A stretch of DNA of 64,000 nucleotides. Origin: Solirubrobacterales bacterium. Its GTDB lineage: Bacteria; Actinomycetota; Thermoleophilia; Solirubrobacterales; JACPNS01. Below are positions 26,039 to 34,940 of this stretch, piece after piece. The position numbers and the translations under genes are program-made. Below the pieces are notes generated by a model. That model was not told the origin of the DNA, did not search any database, and was given only the letters and a program-made list of their open reading frames with translations. Within the stretch, counting starts at the first letter, position 1; every line of letters begins with the position of its first letter. The stretch spans positions 2,561-66,560 of the forward strand of contig JASGFX010000005.1 of NCBI GenBank assembly GCA_047605325.1. Reading direction: 5' to 3'.

Positions 26039-27234
26039 GAGACCGTCTCCGCGGAACGCTCACTCCGCTCGAAGCTGATGCGCAGCCGGCCGTCGTCGAC
26101 CTTGGCGCCGCTCGGCTTGAAGCCCGTCATCGACGATGGCAGCATGATCGTGCGCTTCTGGTCGCCGACGCGGACGACCACTTCGAGGCCGATCTTGTTC
26201 AAGCCGATGTCCCCCTTCTCGACGAACGGGAGCGTGAGGAGCAGCTCGGCCGTGTCGCCGTCGATGACGATGTCCTGGATGATTGTGTCAAACAGGACCG
26301 CGGGCGCATCGCCTGCGGCGTCGAAGATCTCGCTCGAGAGTCGCGTCAGCATCTCGGTTCCGACAACTTCCTCGTCGAAGTAGGGCGCCGTCAGCACCGG
26401 CACTGGCTCGAACGATTCGCGCACACCGGCGAGGTTCTCCTGCTGCGACTTGCGCCAGCTGCCGAAGTAGCCGCCTTCGGTCTCCTCGGGGAAGAGGCGG
26501 TTGACGATCACGGCGTCGGTCAGATAGCCGTAGAGGTTCAGATACGTGAAGGTGCGCATCGCCTCGCTGATGACCATTTTGTCCGGGGTCATGACGAGGC
26601 GCAGACTGGTGTTGTCGTGGTCGCGGAGGATCCCGTTCATCGCCACGAGGCTGCCGACGAGCCGCTCGATCTCCTCGTAGACCTGCTTGTCCGGCAGCGG
26701 GATGTCGAGGAAAGCCTTGGCGACGGGCCGCGCCGCGCTGATCAGGCGGCGCTCCCACGGGAAGACCTTTTCGATCCACCACTGCGCAACGTCCGGGAAG
26801 CTCAGCAGGCGCAGCGTCTCGCCGGTGGGAGCGCAGTCGACAATGATCACGTCGTAGTCGCCGGAGTCGTGATGGTCCTTGATCTGCAGCAGCGCGAAGA
26901 GTTCGTCAAAGCCGGGCGGGACGGTCAGTTCCTCAGCTGTGATGCGCTCGAGGCCGCGGTCCTGCAGCAACTCTGTGAGCCAGCTCTGGACGGCCGCCCA
27001 GCGGCGCTCCATCTCCTCGTTGGCCTGGACCTGCTGGGCGAAGAGGTTGTCGGTGACTTCAATCGGCTTGCCGCCGAGCGGAACACCCAGCGAGTCAGCA
27101 AGGCTGTGCGCCGGGTCGGTGCTCATCACGATCGTGCGCAGGCCCTCGCGCGCGCAGGCGAGCGCGGTCGAAGTTGCGACCGACGTCTTGCCGACGCCGC
27201 CCTTGCCCGTGTACAAGATCGTGCGCGGTGTCAC
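26035..27234 (-). CDS. ArsA/Get3-family P-loop ATPase with a C-terminal Hsp20 (alpha-crystallin)-like beta-sandwich
   Basis: Deviant Walker A GKGGVGKTS, DPAHSL, DCAPTGETLRLL. The C-terminal 80 aa (IVIDGDTAELLLTLPFVEKGDIGLNKIGLEVVVRVGDQKRTIMLP...GRLRISFE) resemble an ACD. Confidence 0.8.
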   Translation of the reverse strand: MTPRTILYTGKGGVGKTSVATSTALACAREGLRTIVMSTDPAHSLADSLGVPLGGKPIEVTDNLFAQQVQANEEMERRWAAVQSWLTELLQDRGLERITAEELTVPPGFDELFALLQIKDHHDSGDYDVIIVDCAPTGETLRLLSFPDVAQWWIEKVFPWERRLISAARPVAKAFLDIPLPDKQVYEEIERLVGSLVAMNGILRDHDNTSLRLVMTPDKMVISEAMRTFTYLNLYGYLTDAVIVNRLFPEETEGGYFGSWRKSQQENLAGVRESFEPVPVLTAPYFDEEVVGTEMLTRLSSEIFDAAGDAPAVLFDTIIQDIVIDGDTAELLLTLPFVEKGDIGLNKIGLEVVVRVGDQKRTIMLPSSMTGFKPSGAKVDDGRLRISFERSERSAETVS

Positions 27235-27250
27235 CGCGCTGATTATTCCA

Positions 27251-28399
27251 CTACTTCAGGTAGCTCTTGAATTTGTCGCGGGTGTCGCAGAAGACTTGCT
27301 GCTTGGACACCTTGCAGAGCGTGTCGAGGAAGTCGATCGTGAGCAGGTGGTAATTCATGTCGGTCTTCTCGCCGTTCAGCGAGTAGAGCGACCACGAGCC
27401 GGTGTCGAACTCCGGGGTCTCCTGGATCGCAGCGGCGAGGCCCTTGCGATAGACGGAGCGCATGTGCGCGTCGTCGGCCAGCACGTAGTAGGTGCGGATT
27501 CCGATCAGCGACTGCAGGAACATGTTCAGGATGATCAGTTTCGGGCGCCCGGAGTAGCCGAGGAAGTGGTATCCGCCGTCGCGCCTCACGCGCACGCCGC
27601 GTGGGGGAGGCTGCGAGAACGATCGTCCGGCTCGCTTGGCGGCGCGCATGATCGAGCGGTTGTGCATGCGGTAGGCGACGCGCGCCAGCGACTGCATCGC
27701 GGTGCCCTGCGAGATCGCGCTGATCCATGGCGCGGCGCTGCCCTGGAAGTTGAAGTAGTACTCCCACGTGAGCGCGCCGTTGCGGTTGACGCCCCAGTGG
27801 ATCAGTTCGCGGGCGAACGAGCGCTGCGCGCGCCGCGATGGCGGGGTGTCGACGGTCCAGATCGCGTTGAGCTTGGCGAAGTTCGAGAGCGGATGGAACT
27901 GCCAACCGATCCCGGCGAAGTACTGGAAGATGATCCGGCTGTTGCCGAAGCGGCGGTCGGTCGCGACTGCCGCCGGGCCGTTGTGGCGAAACCAGCGGGT
28001 GTTGTTGCTGAGTGTCGTGAACAGCGGCGCCATGCGGTCGCCGGAGATCCGGTGGTCGCGCGCCATCGCCGAGACGATCTTGATCTGCGCCTTCATCGGG
28101 CCGCGACGCACCTTGTACTTCGCGCGCTTAGCGCGCGCCGCGTCGGACTTGCCGCGGATCGGCTTGTTCAGCTTGTTCGAAAGCTGGCGCGCCTTCATAT
28201 AGGTGCGCAGCGCCCAGCGCGCCCGGCTCTTGCTGATCTCGTGACGCTTCTGGAGCGCGTTCAGAGAGCGCTCGACCGGGCCGGCGGCGCCGGCAGTTGG
28301 CGCAGAAACCCCGAGCGCTGTGATCAGAGCGGCGCTGACGGTGATGACCGGCAGCAGCCGACGGATGCGCGGATGCATGGAGGTGTGGCGAAACATCAA
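27251..28399 (-). CDS. Secreted D-glucuronyl C5-epimerase C-terminal-domain-like protein (paralog 1)
   Basis: Signal peptide. WISAISQGTAMQSLARVAYR, LNMFLQSLIGIRTYY and TGSWSLYSL...NYHLL resemble the epimerase alpha/alpha-barrel motifs. The family call is from memory. Confidence 0.5.
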   Translation of the reverse strand: MMFRHTSMHPRIRRLLPVITVSAALITALGVSAPTAGAAGPVERSLNALQKRHEISKSRARWALRTYMKARQLSNKLNKPIRGKSDAARAKRAKYKVRRGPMKAQIKIVSAMARDHRISGDRMAPLFTTLSNNTRWFRHNGPAAVATDRRFGNSRIIFQYFAGIGWQFHPLSNFAKLNAIWTVDTPPSRRAQRSFARELIHWGVNRNGALTWEYYFNFQGSAAPWISAISQGTAMQSLARVAYRMHNRSIMRAAKRAGRSFSQPPPRGVRVRRDGGYHFLGYSGRPKLIILNMFLQSLIGIRTYYVLADDAHMRSVYRKGLAAAIQETPEFDTGSWSLYSLNGEKTDMNYHLLTIDFLDTLCKVSKQQVFCDTRDKFKSYLK

Positions 28400-28402
28400 G
28401 AG

Positions 28403-29710
28403 CTACTTCGAATACTGCGCGGAATTGCCCGCGAGGTCCTTGACTGTGATCGTGACAGCCGAGGACCGAGCCTTCTTCACACTGAAAACACGCTTGCCGC
28501 GCGCGACGGTGGCGGTGGCGCTGCCGCCCCCCGCGACCTTGACGGTCACTGTCGAGACCTTCGAGAGCATGAACGTGACGTAGATCCTGCCGCTCCTGGT
28601 CTTCTTCGAGATCTTCGAGATCGTCGGCTTCTGCGTGAGATAGCTGCTGAGGCGATCGTGCAGATCGCAGAAAACCGCCTCGTCGGAGGTGTCTTCGCAG
28701 AGCCGCGCGAGAAACTCGACGAGCACCTGGTGGTAGTTCAGGTTCGACTCCGCGCCGCCGAGTTCGTAGTAGGACCATGCGCCGGTGTCGGTCTTGGGCA
28801 TCTGCCTTCGCGCGGTGATCAGGCCCTTCTCGAACACGGCCATCGAAGCCGTGTCACCGGTGATCTTCGCGTAGTCGTGCAGCCCGTCCAGCGCCTGGGC
28901 GAACATGTTGAAGATGAACTCGCTGCGGTTGCCGGAGTAGCCGGCGAAGTAGTAGCCGCCATCGCGCGAGACCTTCAGGCCGGTCGGCGCGGAAACGGTG
29001 AAGGCTCTTGCGGCCCTGGTCGCGGCCGCTGTGATCTCGGGGTCTGCGAGCGCGTTGCCCGAGCGCGCGAGTGACTGCACGGCCGTGCCCTGCGAGATCG
29101 AGCTGATGAACGGCGCGGGGCTGCCCGAGAACGGGAAGTAGTACTCCCAGGTCAGGGCGCCGCCACGCAGCACGCCAAAGCTGATCAGCTCCTTGGCGTA
29201 TGCGCTGAGCGCCCTGCGCGCGGCGGCGGACTTGTCGGTCCAGATCGCGTTGAGCTGCGAGAAATTTGCGAGCGGATGGAACTGCCAGCCCCAGCCCGCG
29301 AAGTATTGGTAGTAGATCCGGCTGTCGCCGAAACGCGAACGTGTGCCGACCGCCGCCGGATTCTTCGTCCTGAACCAGTCGACGTTGACCTGCAGTTGTG
29401 AGAAGAGGGGGGTGACGCGGTCGCCGGTGATGCGGTTCTTCCGGGCCAGTGACTCGAGCGTGCGCAGTTGATTGGTCAGCGGCAGCTGCCGTGCGCCTTT
29501 CAGCTTCTTGCGCAGCGAGCGCGCGGCGAGGTAGGTCTTGCGCGCTGCCTTGGCCTTGTCGGCGTCGATCTTGCCCGAGGTCTGGAGGTCGGTGAGCGCG
29601 GTGGTGACGCTGGCACGGGAGGTGCCGACGCCGCCGATCAGCAGCGCGAGCGTGGCCAGCGCGCAGCAGGCGACCAGGCGCGTGGTCAGGTGCTCGGTCG
29701 AAGAATGCAT
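28403..29710 (-). CDS. Secreted D-glucuronyl C5-epimerase-like protein (paralog 2) with an extra C-terminal Ig-like domain
   Basis: Colinear with 27251-28399 (FISSISQGTAVQSLARS, FNMFAQALDGLHDY, TGAWSYYEL...NYHQV). Carries about 70 extra C-terminal residues with a beta-rich pattern. Confidence 0.5.
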   Translation of the reverse strand: MHSSTEHLTTRLVACCALATLALLIGGVGTSRASVTTALTDLQTSGKIDADKAKAARKTYLAARSLRKKLKGARQLPLTNQLRTLESLARKNRITGDRVTPLFSQLQVNVDWFRTKNPAAVGTRSRFGDSRIYYQYFAGWGWQFHPLANFSQLNAIWTDKSAAARRALSAYAKELISFGVLRGGALTWEYYFPFSGSPAPFISSISQGTAVQSLARSGNALADPEITAAATRAARAFTVSAPTGLKVSRDGGYYFAGYSGNRSEFIFNMFAQALDGLHDYAKITGDTASMAVFEKGLITARRQMPKTDTGAWSYYELGGAESNLNYHQVLVEFLARLCEDTSDEAVFCDLHDRLSSYLTQKPTISKISKKTRSGRIYVTFMLSKVSTVTVKVAGGGSATATVARGKRVFSVKKARSSAVTITVKDLAGNSAQYSK

Positions 29711-29800
29711 TCAAAGACGATAAAACCCCGGCATGCGGCTAGTTGCGCTGGGTTTAAGGACCAATTCGGCGGTTCTGTGCGCTGGTAGATTCGCTTCGCT

Positions 29801-30802
29801 GTGGCAGACGAGAAAACCGAATCGAAGCCCGAGAAGGGCAAGGAGAAGGGCAAGAACGACAGCGCAGGCAAGCGCCGCTACTGGCTCTGGATCGCCGGCC
29901 CCGTCGCCGCTTTCCTCGTGCTCGTCGGCCTGGTGCTCTCGACCGGCACGCCCAGCTCCGCGCAGTTGATGAAGCACGCGACCACGAGCTTCGGCGACGT
30001 CAAGAAGGGCACTTTCCGCTTCGCGATCACGATCACGCCCGCCGGCTCCGACGACGCGTCGACTTCGAGCATCGAACTCACCGGCCCCTTCGAGATCGTC
30101 CCGGGCAAGCCACTGCCGCTGGCGCGGATCACCTACACAGTGACCTCGGGCGGGCGCAGCCAGGTCGTGACGCTTCTGACCACCGGTGACAAGGCGTACT
30201 CGCTGATCAAGGGACAGGCCTACGAGCTCCCTGCCAGCGCCACCAAAGACCTCAAGTCGGCCACCAAAGATCTCAGCAAGGGCGGCTCGGGTGACAGCCT
30301 CGCCGGTCTGAAGCTCAACTTCGACAAGTGGCTGATCGACCCGAAGGTCGCGCCGGGCCGCGACATCGACGGCACCGCCACGTGGCAGACCACCGCCGGC
30401 GTGAACGTCGTCGAGGCGATCAAGGATCTGACCGCCTCGGCCGGCGCACTCAGCTCTATCACCGGCCAGGGTGCCGCGTCGAGCGCGCTCAAAGCATCTG
30501 ACATCAAGGCGATCAACAAGCAGATCAAAGACGCGAAGGTCGTCGTGTACGTCGGCCGCTACGACAACATCGTGCGCCTGATGGACCTCAGCATGACCTT
30601 CAAGACTCCGGCCTCTTCGTCCTCGGCCAGCACGGGCATTTCGGGCGGCAAGGCAAACGTGATCATCGGGATCTCAGAACCGAACAAGAATGTCGACGTC
30701 AAGCCGCCGAAGAACCCGCTGCCCTACAGCGCGCTGCAGTCGCTGGTCAACAGCCAGAGCTCGCAGACGGGCACCGCACTCGACGACGGCCTCGGTCAAT
30801 AG
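29801..30802 (+). CDS. Membrane-anchored hypothetical protein (paralog of 30833-31639)
   Basis: Lys/Glu-rich cytoplasmic N-terminus, one TM helix. C-terminal region shares the pattern L-[DN]-[LM]-[ST]-MT-[FL]-KT ... SE-x-N ... PKN with the next gene. Confidence 0.5.
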   Translation: MADEKTESKPEKGKEKGKNDSAGKRRYWLWIAGPVAAFLVLVGLVLSTGTPSSAQLMKHATTSFGDVKKGTFRFAITITPAGSDDASTSSIELTGPFEIVPGKPLPLARITYTVTSGGRSQVVTLLTTGDKAYSLIKGQAYELPASATKDLKSATKDLSKGGSGDSLAGLKLNFDKWLIDPKVAPGRDIDGTATWQTTAGVNVVEAIKDLTASAGALSSITGQGAASSALKASDIKAINKQIKDAKVVVYVGRYDNIVRLMDLSMTFKTPASSSSASTGISGGKANVIIGISEPNKNVDVKPPKNPLPYSALQSLVNSQSSQTGTALDDGLGQ

Positions 30803-30832
30803 GACCGTCCAGAAAGGTAAGCTCGCCGACCT

Positions 30833-31639
30833 ATGAACCGATTCGCGAAGCAGTTCCTGATCCCGGTAGTCGTCGTCGCTCTGGCCGCCCTCGTGGTCGC
30901 CGGTTGCGGCTCGAAATCTTCCTCGTCTTCTGAATCGCCCGACGCGGCGCTCAAGGCGGCGCTCGACAAGACGGCCGGAATCAAGAGCGGCAAGGCCGAT
31001 GTCTCCGGCGCGGTCTCGCTCGGCAGCGTGCCGGGTTCGATCGACATCAGCGGTACCGGCGTCTTCGACACCGAAGCATCTGGCGGCGGCGCGATGAACA
31101 TCACGATCGGCATCAACGTCGCGGGCAGCCAGCAGGAGATCGGCTTCGTGTCGGTCGACGGTCAGTCCTATCTCGTCTCTGGCGACAAGGGCGTCAAGCA
31201 GGGCAAGAACGACAGCGGCGCGACCAGCCCCGACCAGATCGCAAGCTTCATCAAGGCGCTCGGCGAGAATGCCACGAACGTCAAGAAGACCGGCGCGAAC
31301 ACTTACACAGCGACGATCGACGTCAAGAAGATGTTCCAGGAGAGCGACAAGGCCTCGGGCGGCAAGCTCTCCGACCTGAAGATTCCGGGCCTCGGCTCGT
31401 CCACCGATCTCGCAAAGTCGCTCGGTTCGACGGATATCACCGTGACCGTCGACTCAGAGGGCTACGCCTCGAAGCTCGATCTGAACATGACGCTCAAGAC
31501 CGGCAACACCACCGGTGGTCTGCGCCTGAACATCGCACTCAGCGAGATCAACCAGCCGCAGACGATCGAGAAGCCGAAGAACATCGTCTCGAGCACCGCT
31601 GAACTCGGCGGCCTCGGCTCCGCGCTCTCCGGTCAGTAG
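30833..31639 (+). CDS. Putative lipoprotein (paralog of 29801-30802)
   Basis: Signal peptide with lipobox VAGC. Shared C-terminal motifs with the previous gene. Confidence 0.55.
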   Translation: MNRFAKQFLIPVVVVALAALVVAGCGSKSSSSSESPDAALKAALDKTAGIKSGKADVSGAVSLGSVPGSIDISGTGVFDTEASGGGAMNITIGINVAGSQQEIGFVSVDGQSYLVSGDKGVKQGKNDSGATSPDQIASFIKALGENATNVKKTGANTYTATIDVKKMFQESDKASGGKLSDLKIPGLGSSTDLAKSLGSTDITVTVDSEGYASKLDLNMTLKTGNTTGGLRLNIALSEINQPQTIEKPKNIVSSTAELGGLGSALSGQ

Positions 31640-31658
31640 ACGCAGTAGCTTCAAACAC

Positions 31659-32762
31659 GTGAAGCGCTTTCTGCTCTCGTCAGACGGCTGGCCCTACCTG
31701 CTCAGCCCGTTCATCGTCGCCGCAATCGCGCTGAAGTACGGCGGCGCGAGTGCGACGGTGATCTTCGCCGTCGCCGCGATCGCCCTGATCCCGGCCGCGG
31801 CTGTCATGGGCCGCGCGACCGAAGAGCTCGCCGCCCGCTCGGGTCCGGGCATCGGCGGCCTTCTGAACGTCACCTTCGGCAACTTCCCCGAGCTGATCAT
31901 CGCGATCCTCGCCCTGAACAAGGGCCTTCAAGAGGTCGTCAAGGCTTCGCTGGTCGGGTCGATCATCGGCAACATCCTGCTCGTGATGGGCGCGGCGATG
32001 TTCGTCGGCGGCCTCCGTCGCAAGGAGCAGTTCTTCAACCAGACGGCGGCGTCGGTGCAGTCTTCGATGCTCGTCCTGGCGATGGCCGCGCTGATCATGC
32101 CGGCCGTCTACGAGTTGATCGACGGTCAGGGCCTGCCGAGTCCGGGCGACGCGATCGTCAACTTCGATCCGTCGGTCGAGAAGCTCTCGGCGATCGCCGT
32201 GTGCTTCCTGCTGATCTCGTATGTCGGTGGGCTGATCTTCTCGCTCGTCACGCACAAGGACCTCTTCAACCAGGGGCACGACGACGAGATGGCCGCCGAG
32301 GCGTGGCCGGTCAAGCGCTCGGTGGGGGTGCTCGCAGCGGCCAGCGTCGTCGTCGGGCTGATGAGTGAGATTCTCGTCGGCTCGATCGAGGAGGCCTCGC
32401 ATGCGATCGGTCTCTCTGAGTTCTTCGTCGGTGTGTTCGTCGTCGCAATCGTCGGAAACGCGGCCGAGCACTGGGTGGCGGTGCTCGTCGCACACAAGGA
32501 CAAGATGGATCTCGCGGTCAACATCGCGATCGGATCGGCGGCGCAGGTCGCGCTGTTCGTGGCGCCCGTGCTGGTGTTGCTCTCGTTCGTGGTCGGCCCG
32601 CACCCGATGCCGCTGGTGTTCAACGGTTTCGAGCTCGCCGGCCTGCTGATCGCGCTGATCACGGCCAATCTGATCACCTCCGACGGGAGATCCACGTGGT
32701 TTGAGGGACTCCAGCTGCTGTCGCTCTACGCGGTCATCGGCGTGGCCTTCTATTTCGCCTGA
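31659..32762 (+). CDS. Ca2+/H+ antiporter (CaCA family, Cax/ChaA-like)
   Basis: 367 aa, about 11 TM helices. Alpha-repeat motifs GNFPELI and GNAAEH. Confidence 0.85.
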   Translation: MKRFLLSSDGWPYLLSPFIVAAIALKYGGASATVIFAVAAIALIPAAAVMGRATEELAARSGPGIGGLLNVTFGNFPELIIAILALNKGLQEVVKASLVGSIIGNILLVMGAAMFVGGLRRKEQFFNQTAASVQSSMLVLAMAALIMPAVYELIDGQGLPSPGDAIVNFDPSVEKLSAIAVCFLLISYVGGLIFSLVTHKDLFNQGHDDEMAAEAWPVKRSVGVLAAASVVVGLMSEILVGSIEEASHAIGLSEFFVGVFVVAIVGNAAEHWVAVLVAHKDKMDLAVNIAIGSAAQVALFVAPVLVLLSFVVGPHPMPLVFNGFELAGLLIALITANLITSDGRSTWFEGLQLLSLYAVIGVAFYFA

Positions 32763-32877
32763 TCGCGCTTGAAATAGGCGTTTTCGGCGTCCGTACGCAC
32801 GTTCGTTCTTTTTGGTTTTGCCGCTACACTGCGGTGACCGACCAGGCCACTCAAGCCAAACCAGGAGCGACCCACAA

Positions 32878-34041
32878 GTGTCTGTCAACTTTCAGCTTTC
32901 CGACGAGCAGAAGCTCATGCAGGAGACCGCGCGCGAATTCGCCGAGAAGGAGATTCGTCCGGTATCCGAGGAGTACGACCGCGACTCCACCTTCCCGCGT
33001 GACGTGATCAACAAGGCTTGGGAGCTCGGCCTGATGAACACGTCGATCCCCGAGGAGTACGGCGGAGCGGGCCTCGATTTCCTCTCCGGTTCGATCATCG
33101 AGGAGCAGCTCTCGTGGGGCTGCAGCGGCATCGCCACGTCAATTTTCACCAACGGCCTCGCTTCGGCCCCGGTCGAGATCGGCGCCTCTGAGGAGATCAA
33201 GAAGAAGTACCTCACGCAGCTCGTCGAAGAGCCCAAGCTCGCCTCATTCTGCCTGACCGAGCCCGACGCCGGCTCTGACGTCGCCTCGATGAAGACCACT
33301 GCGGTCAAGAGCGGTGACAAGTACGTCCTCAACGGCTCCAAGTGCTTCATCACCAACGGCTCGCACGCCGACTGGTACACGGTCTACGCCAAGACCGACC
33401 CGGACGCCGGCCACCGCGGCATCAGCGCGTTCGTCGTTGAGCGCGACTGGGGCGTCGTCGTCGACAAAAAGGAAGACAAGCTCGGTCAGCGCGCTTCAGA
33501 CACCGCGATGCTCAGCTTCACCGATGTCGAGGTTCCGGCCGAGAACCTGATCGGCGAGGAGAACGCAGGCTTCAAGCTGGCGATGGCCACGCTCGATCGC
33601 ACCCGCCCGGGCGTCGCCGCGATGGCGACCGGCATCCAGCAGGCCGCGCTCGAGGCAGCCGTCGATTACGCGCGCGAGCGCATCCAGTTCGGTGTGCCGA
33701 TCGCATCGCACCAGGCGATCCAGTTCATGATCGCCGACATGGCGACCAAGGTCGAGGCCTCGCGCCTGCTCTACCAGAAGAGCGCGTGGATGCTCGACAA
33801 CGGCCTGCGCAACTCGCTCGTGGCCTCGCACGCCAAGCGCTTCGCCTCAGACTCCGCGATGGAGACCGCCGTCGACGCCGTCCAGGTCTTCGGTGGCTAC
33901 GGCTTCATCAAGGACTATCCCGTCGAGAAGTTCATGCGCGACGCCAAGATCATGCAGCTGTACGAAGGCACCGCCCAGATCCAGCGCATCGTGATCGCCC
34001 GCGAGACCCTGAACCCCTCGCGCGAGACCGTCAACGCGTAG
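32878..34041 (+). CDS. Acyl-CoA dehydrogenase (short/medium-chain type)
   Basis: Trimmed to the GTG at 32878, preceded by AGGAG. CLTEPDAGSD, ITNG, and a C-terminal YEGTAQIQRIVIAR. Confidence 0.9.
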   Translation: MSVNFQLSDEQKLMQETAREFAEKEIRPVSEEYDRDSTFPRDVINKAWELGLMNTSIPEEYGGAGLDFLSGSIIEEQLSWGCSGIATSIFTNGLASAPVEIGASEEIKKKYLTQLVEEPKLASFCLTEPDAGSDVASMKTTAVKSGDKYVLNGSKCFITNGSHADWYTVYAKTDPDAGHRGISAFVVERDWGVVVDKKEDKLGQRASDTAMLSFTDVEVPAENLIGEENAGFKLAMATLDRTRPGVAAMATGIQQAALEAAVDYARERIQFGVPIASHQAIQFMIADMATKVEASRLLYQKSAWMLDNGLRNSLVASHAKRFASDSAMETAVDAVQVFGGYGFIKDYPVEKFMRDAKIMQLYEGTAQIQRIVIARETLNPSRETVNA

Positions 34042-34066
34042 CCAGCGTTTTCCAGCGCTTGTTTTT

Positions 34067-34104
34067 CCAGACCCTCGCCCTTTCGGGCGGGGGTCTGGTT
34101 GTTT
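34067..34104 (+). terminator. Intrinsic terminator
   Basis: CCAGACCCTCGCCC-TTTC-GGGCGGGGGTCTGG followed by TTGTTT, 25 nt after the stop codon. Confidence 0.7.
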
Positions 34105-34129
34105 AAGGGGTTGCAGAGGGGTCCCGCAT

Positions 34130-34290
34130 GAACAAGGGGCAAATCTTCCATCGGGCGACCCGTCAGGGACGCCCGATGGAAGATTCACCGCTAGAAACCG
34201 ACCCACTCGCTTCACCACTCATCGCCGGCCGCGAAGCGGCCCGCACTCGACCGCCTCGAGCAACAACCCACCACCCACGACGGCAGTCGA
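34130..34290. repeat. Half-copy (single module) of the structured intergenic repeat family
   Basis: Central hairpin AATCTTCCATCGGGCG...CGCCCGATGGAAGATT, GGCCGCGAAGCGGCC hairpin, CA-rich tract, terminal CACGACGGCAGTCGA. Confidence 0.7.
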
Positions 34291-34326
34291 CAGCCGGCAA
34301 ACCCCCAGTCAAATACCCTCGCTCGC

Positions 34327-34914
34327 ATGCCCACCAACGCCGTCACCTTCTACTACGACCTCGGCTCGCCCTACGCGTACCTCACGGCAGATCGCATCGA
34401 CGAGCAGGTCGACACCTCGATCGATGTCGAGTGGATGCCGGTCCTGCTGGGCGGGATCTTCAGGGCGACCGGTCGATCCTCCTGGGCCGAAACGGCCAAG
34501 CGCGGCGACGGCATCGCCGAGATCGCTCAGCGCGCCGCCGCCTATGGGATCCCCGAGCTGCACTATCCCGAGCCGTGGCCGAACAACGGACTGACGGCGA
34601 TGCGGGTGGCCACCTGGGCGCAGTCGGCAGGTGCCGGCCGCCGCTTCGCGCGCGCGGCCTTCGAGGTGCAGTTCGCCGACGGCCTGCCGCTGAGTGAGGC
34701 CGAGAACATCGAGCTCGCCGCCCACCGGGCCGGCCTCGACCACCAGTTTGCGCTCGAATCTGCGAGCGATCCCGCGGTGAAGCAGGCGTTGATCGACAAC
34801 ACGCAGGCGGCGATCGACGTCGGCGTGGTCGGCGTGCCGAGCTTCAAGGTCGGCGACGAGGTCTTCTGGGGCGATGATCGCCTCGTCGAAGCGGTAGCCG
34901 CCGCCAGCGCCTGA
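34327..34914 (+). CDS. DsbA-family 2-hydroxychromene-2-carboxylate isomerase-like protein
   Basis: N-terminal FYYDLGSPYAYL and C-terminal GVVGVPSFKVGDEVFWGDDRL, typical of the HCCA isomerase/DsbA-like family. Confidence 0.75.
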   Translation: MPTNAVTFYYDLGSPYAYLTADRIDEQVDTSIDVEWMPVLLGGIFRATGRSSWAETAKRGDGIAEIAQRAAAYGIPELHYPEPWPNNGLTAMRVATWAQSAGAGRRFARAAFEVQFADGLPLSEAENIELAAHRAGLDHQFALESASDPAVKQALIDNTQAAIDVGVVGVPSFKVGDEVFWGDDRLVEAVAAASA

Positions 34915-34940
34915 AAAGCGCTGCAACGTATCCTCCATCC

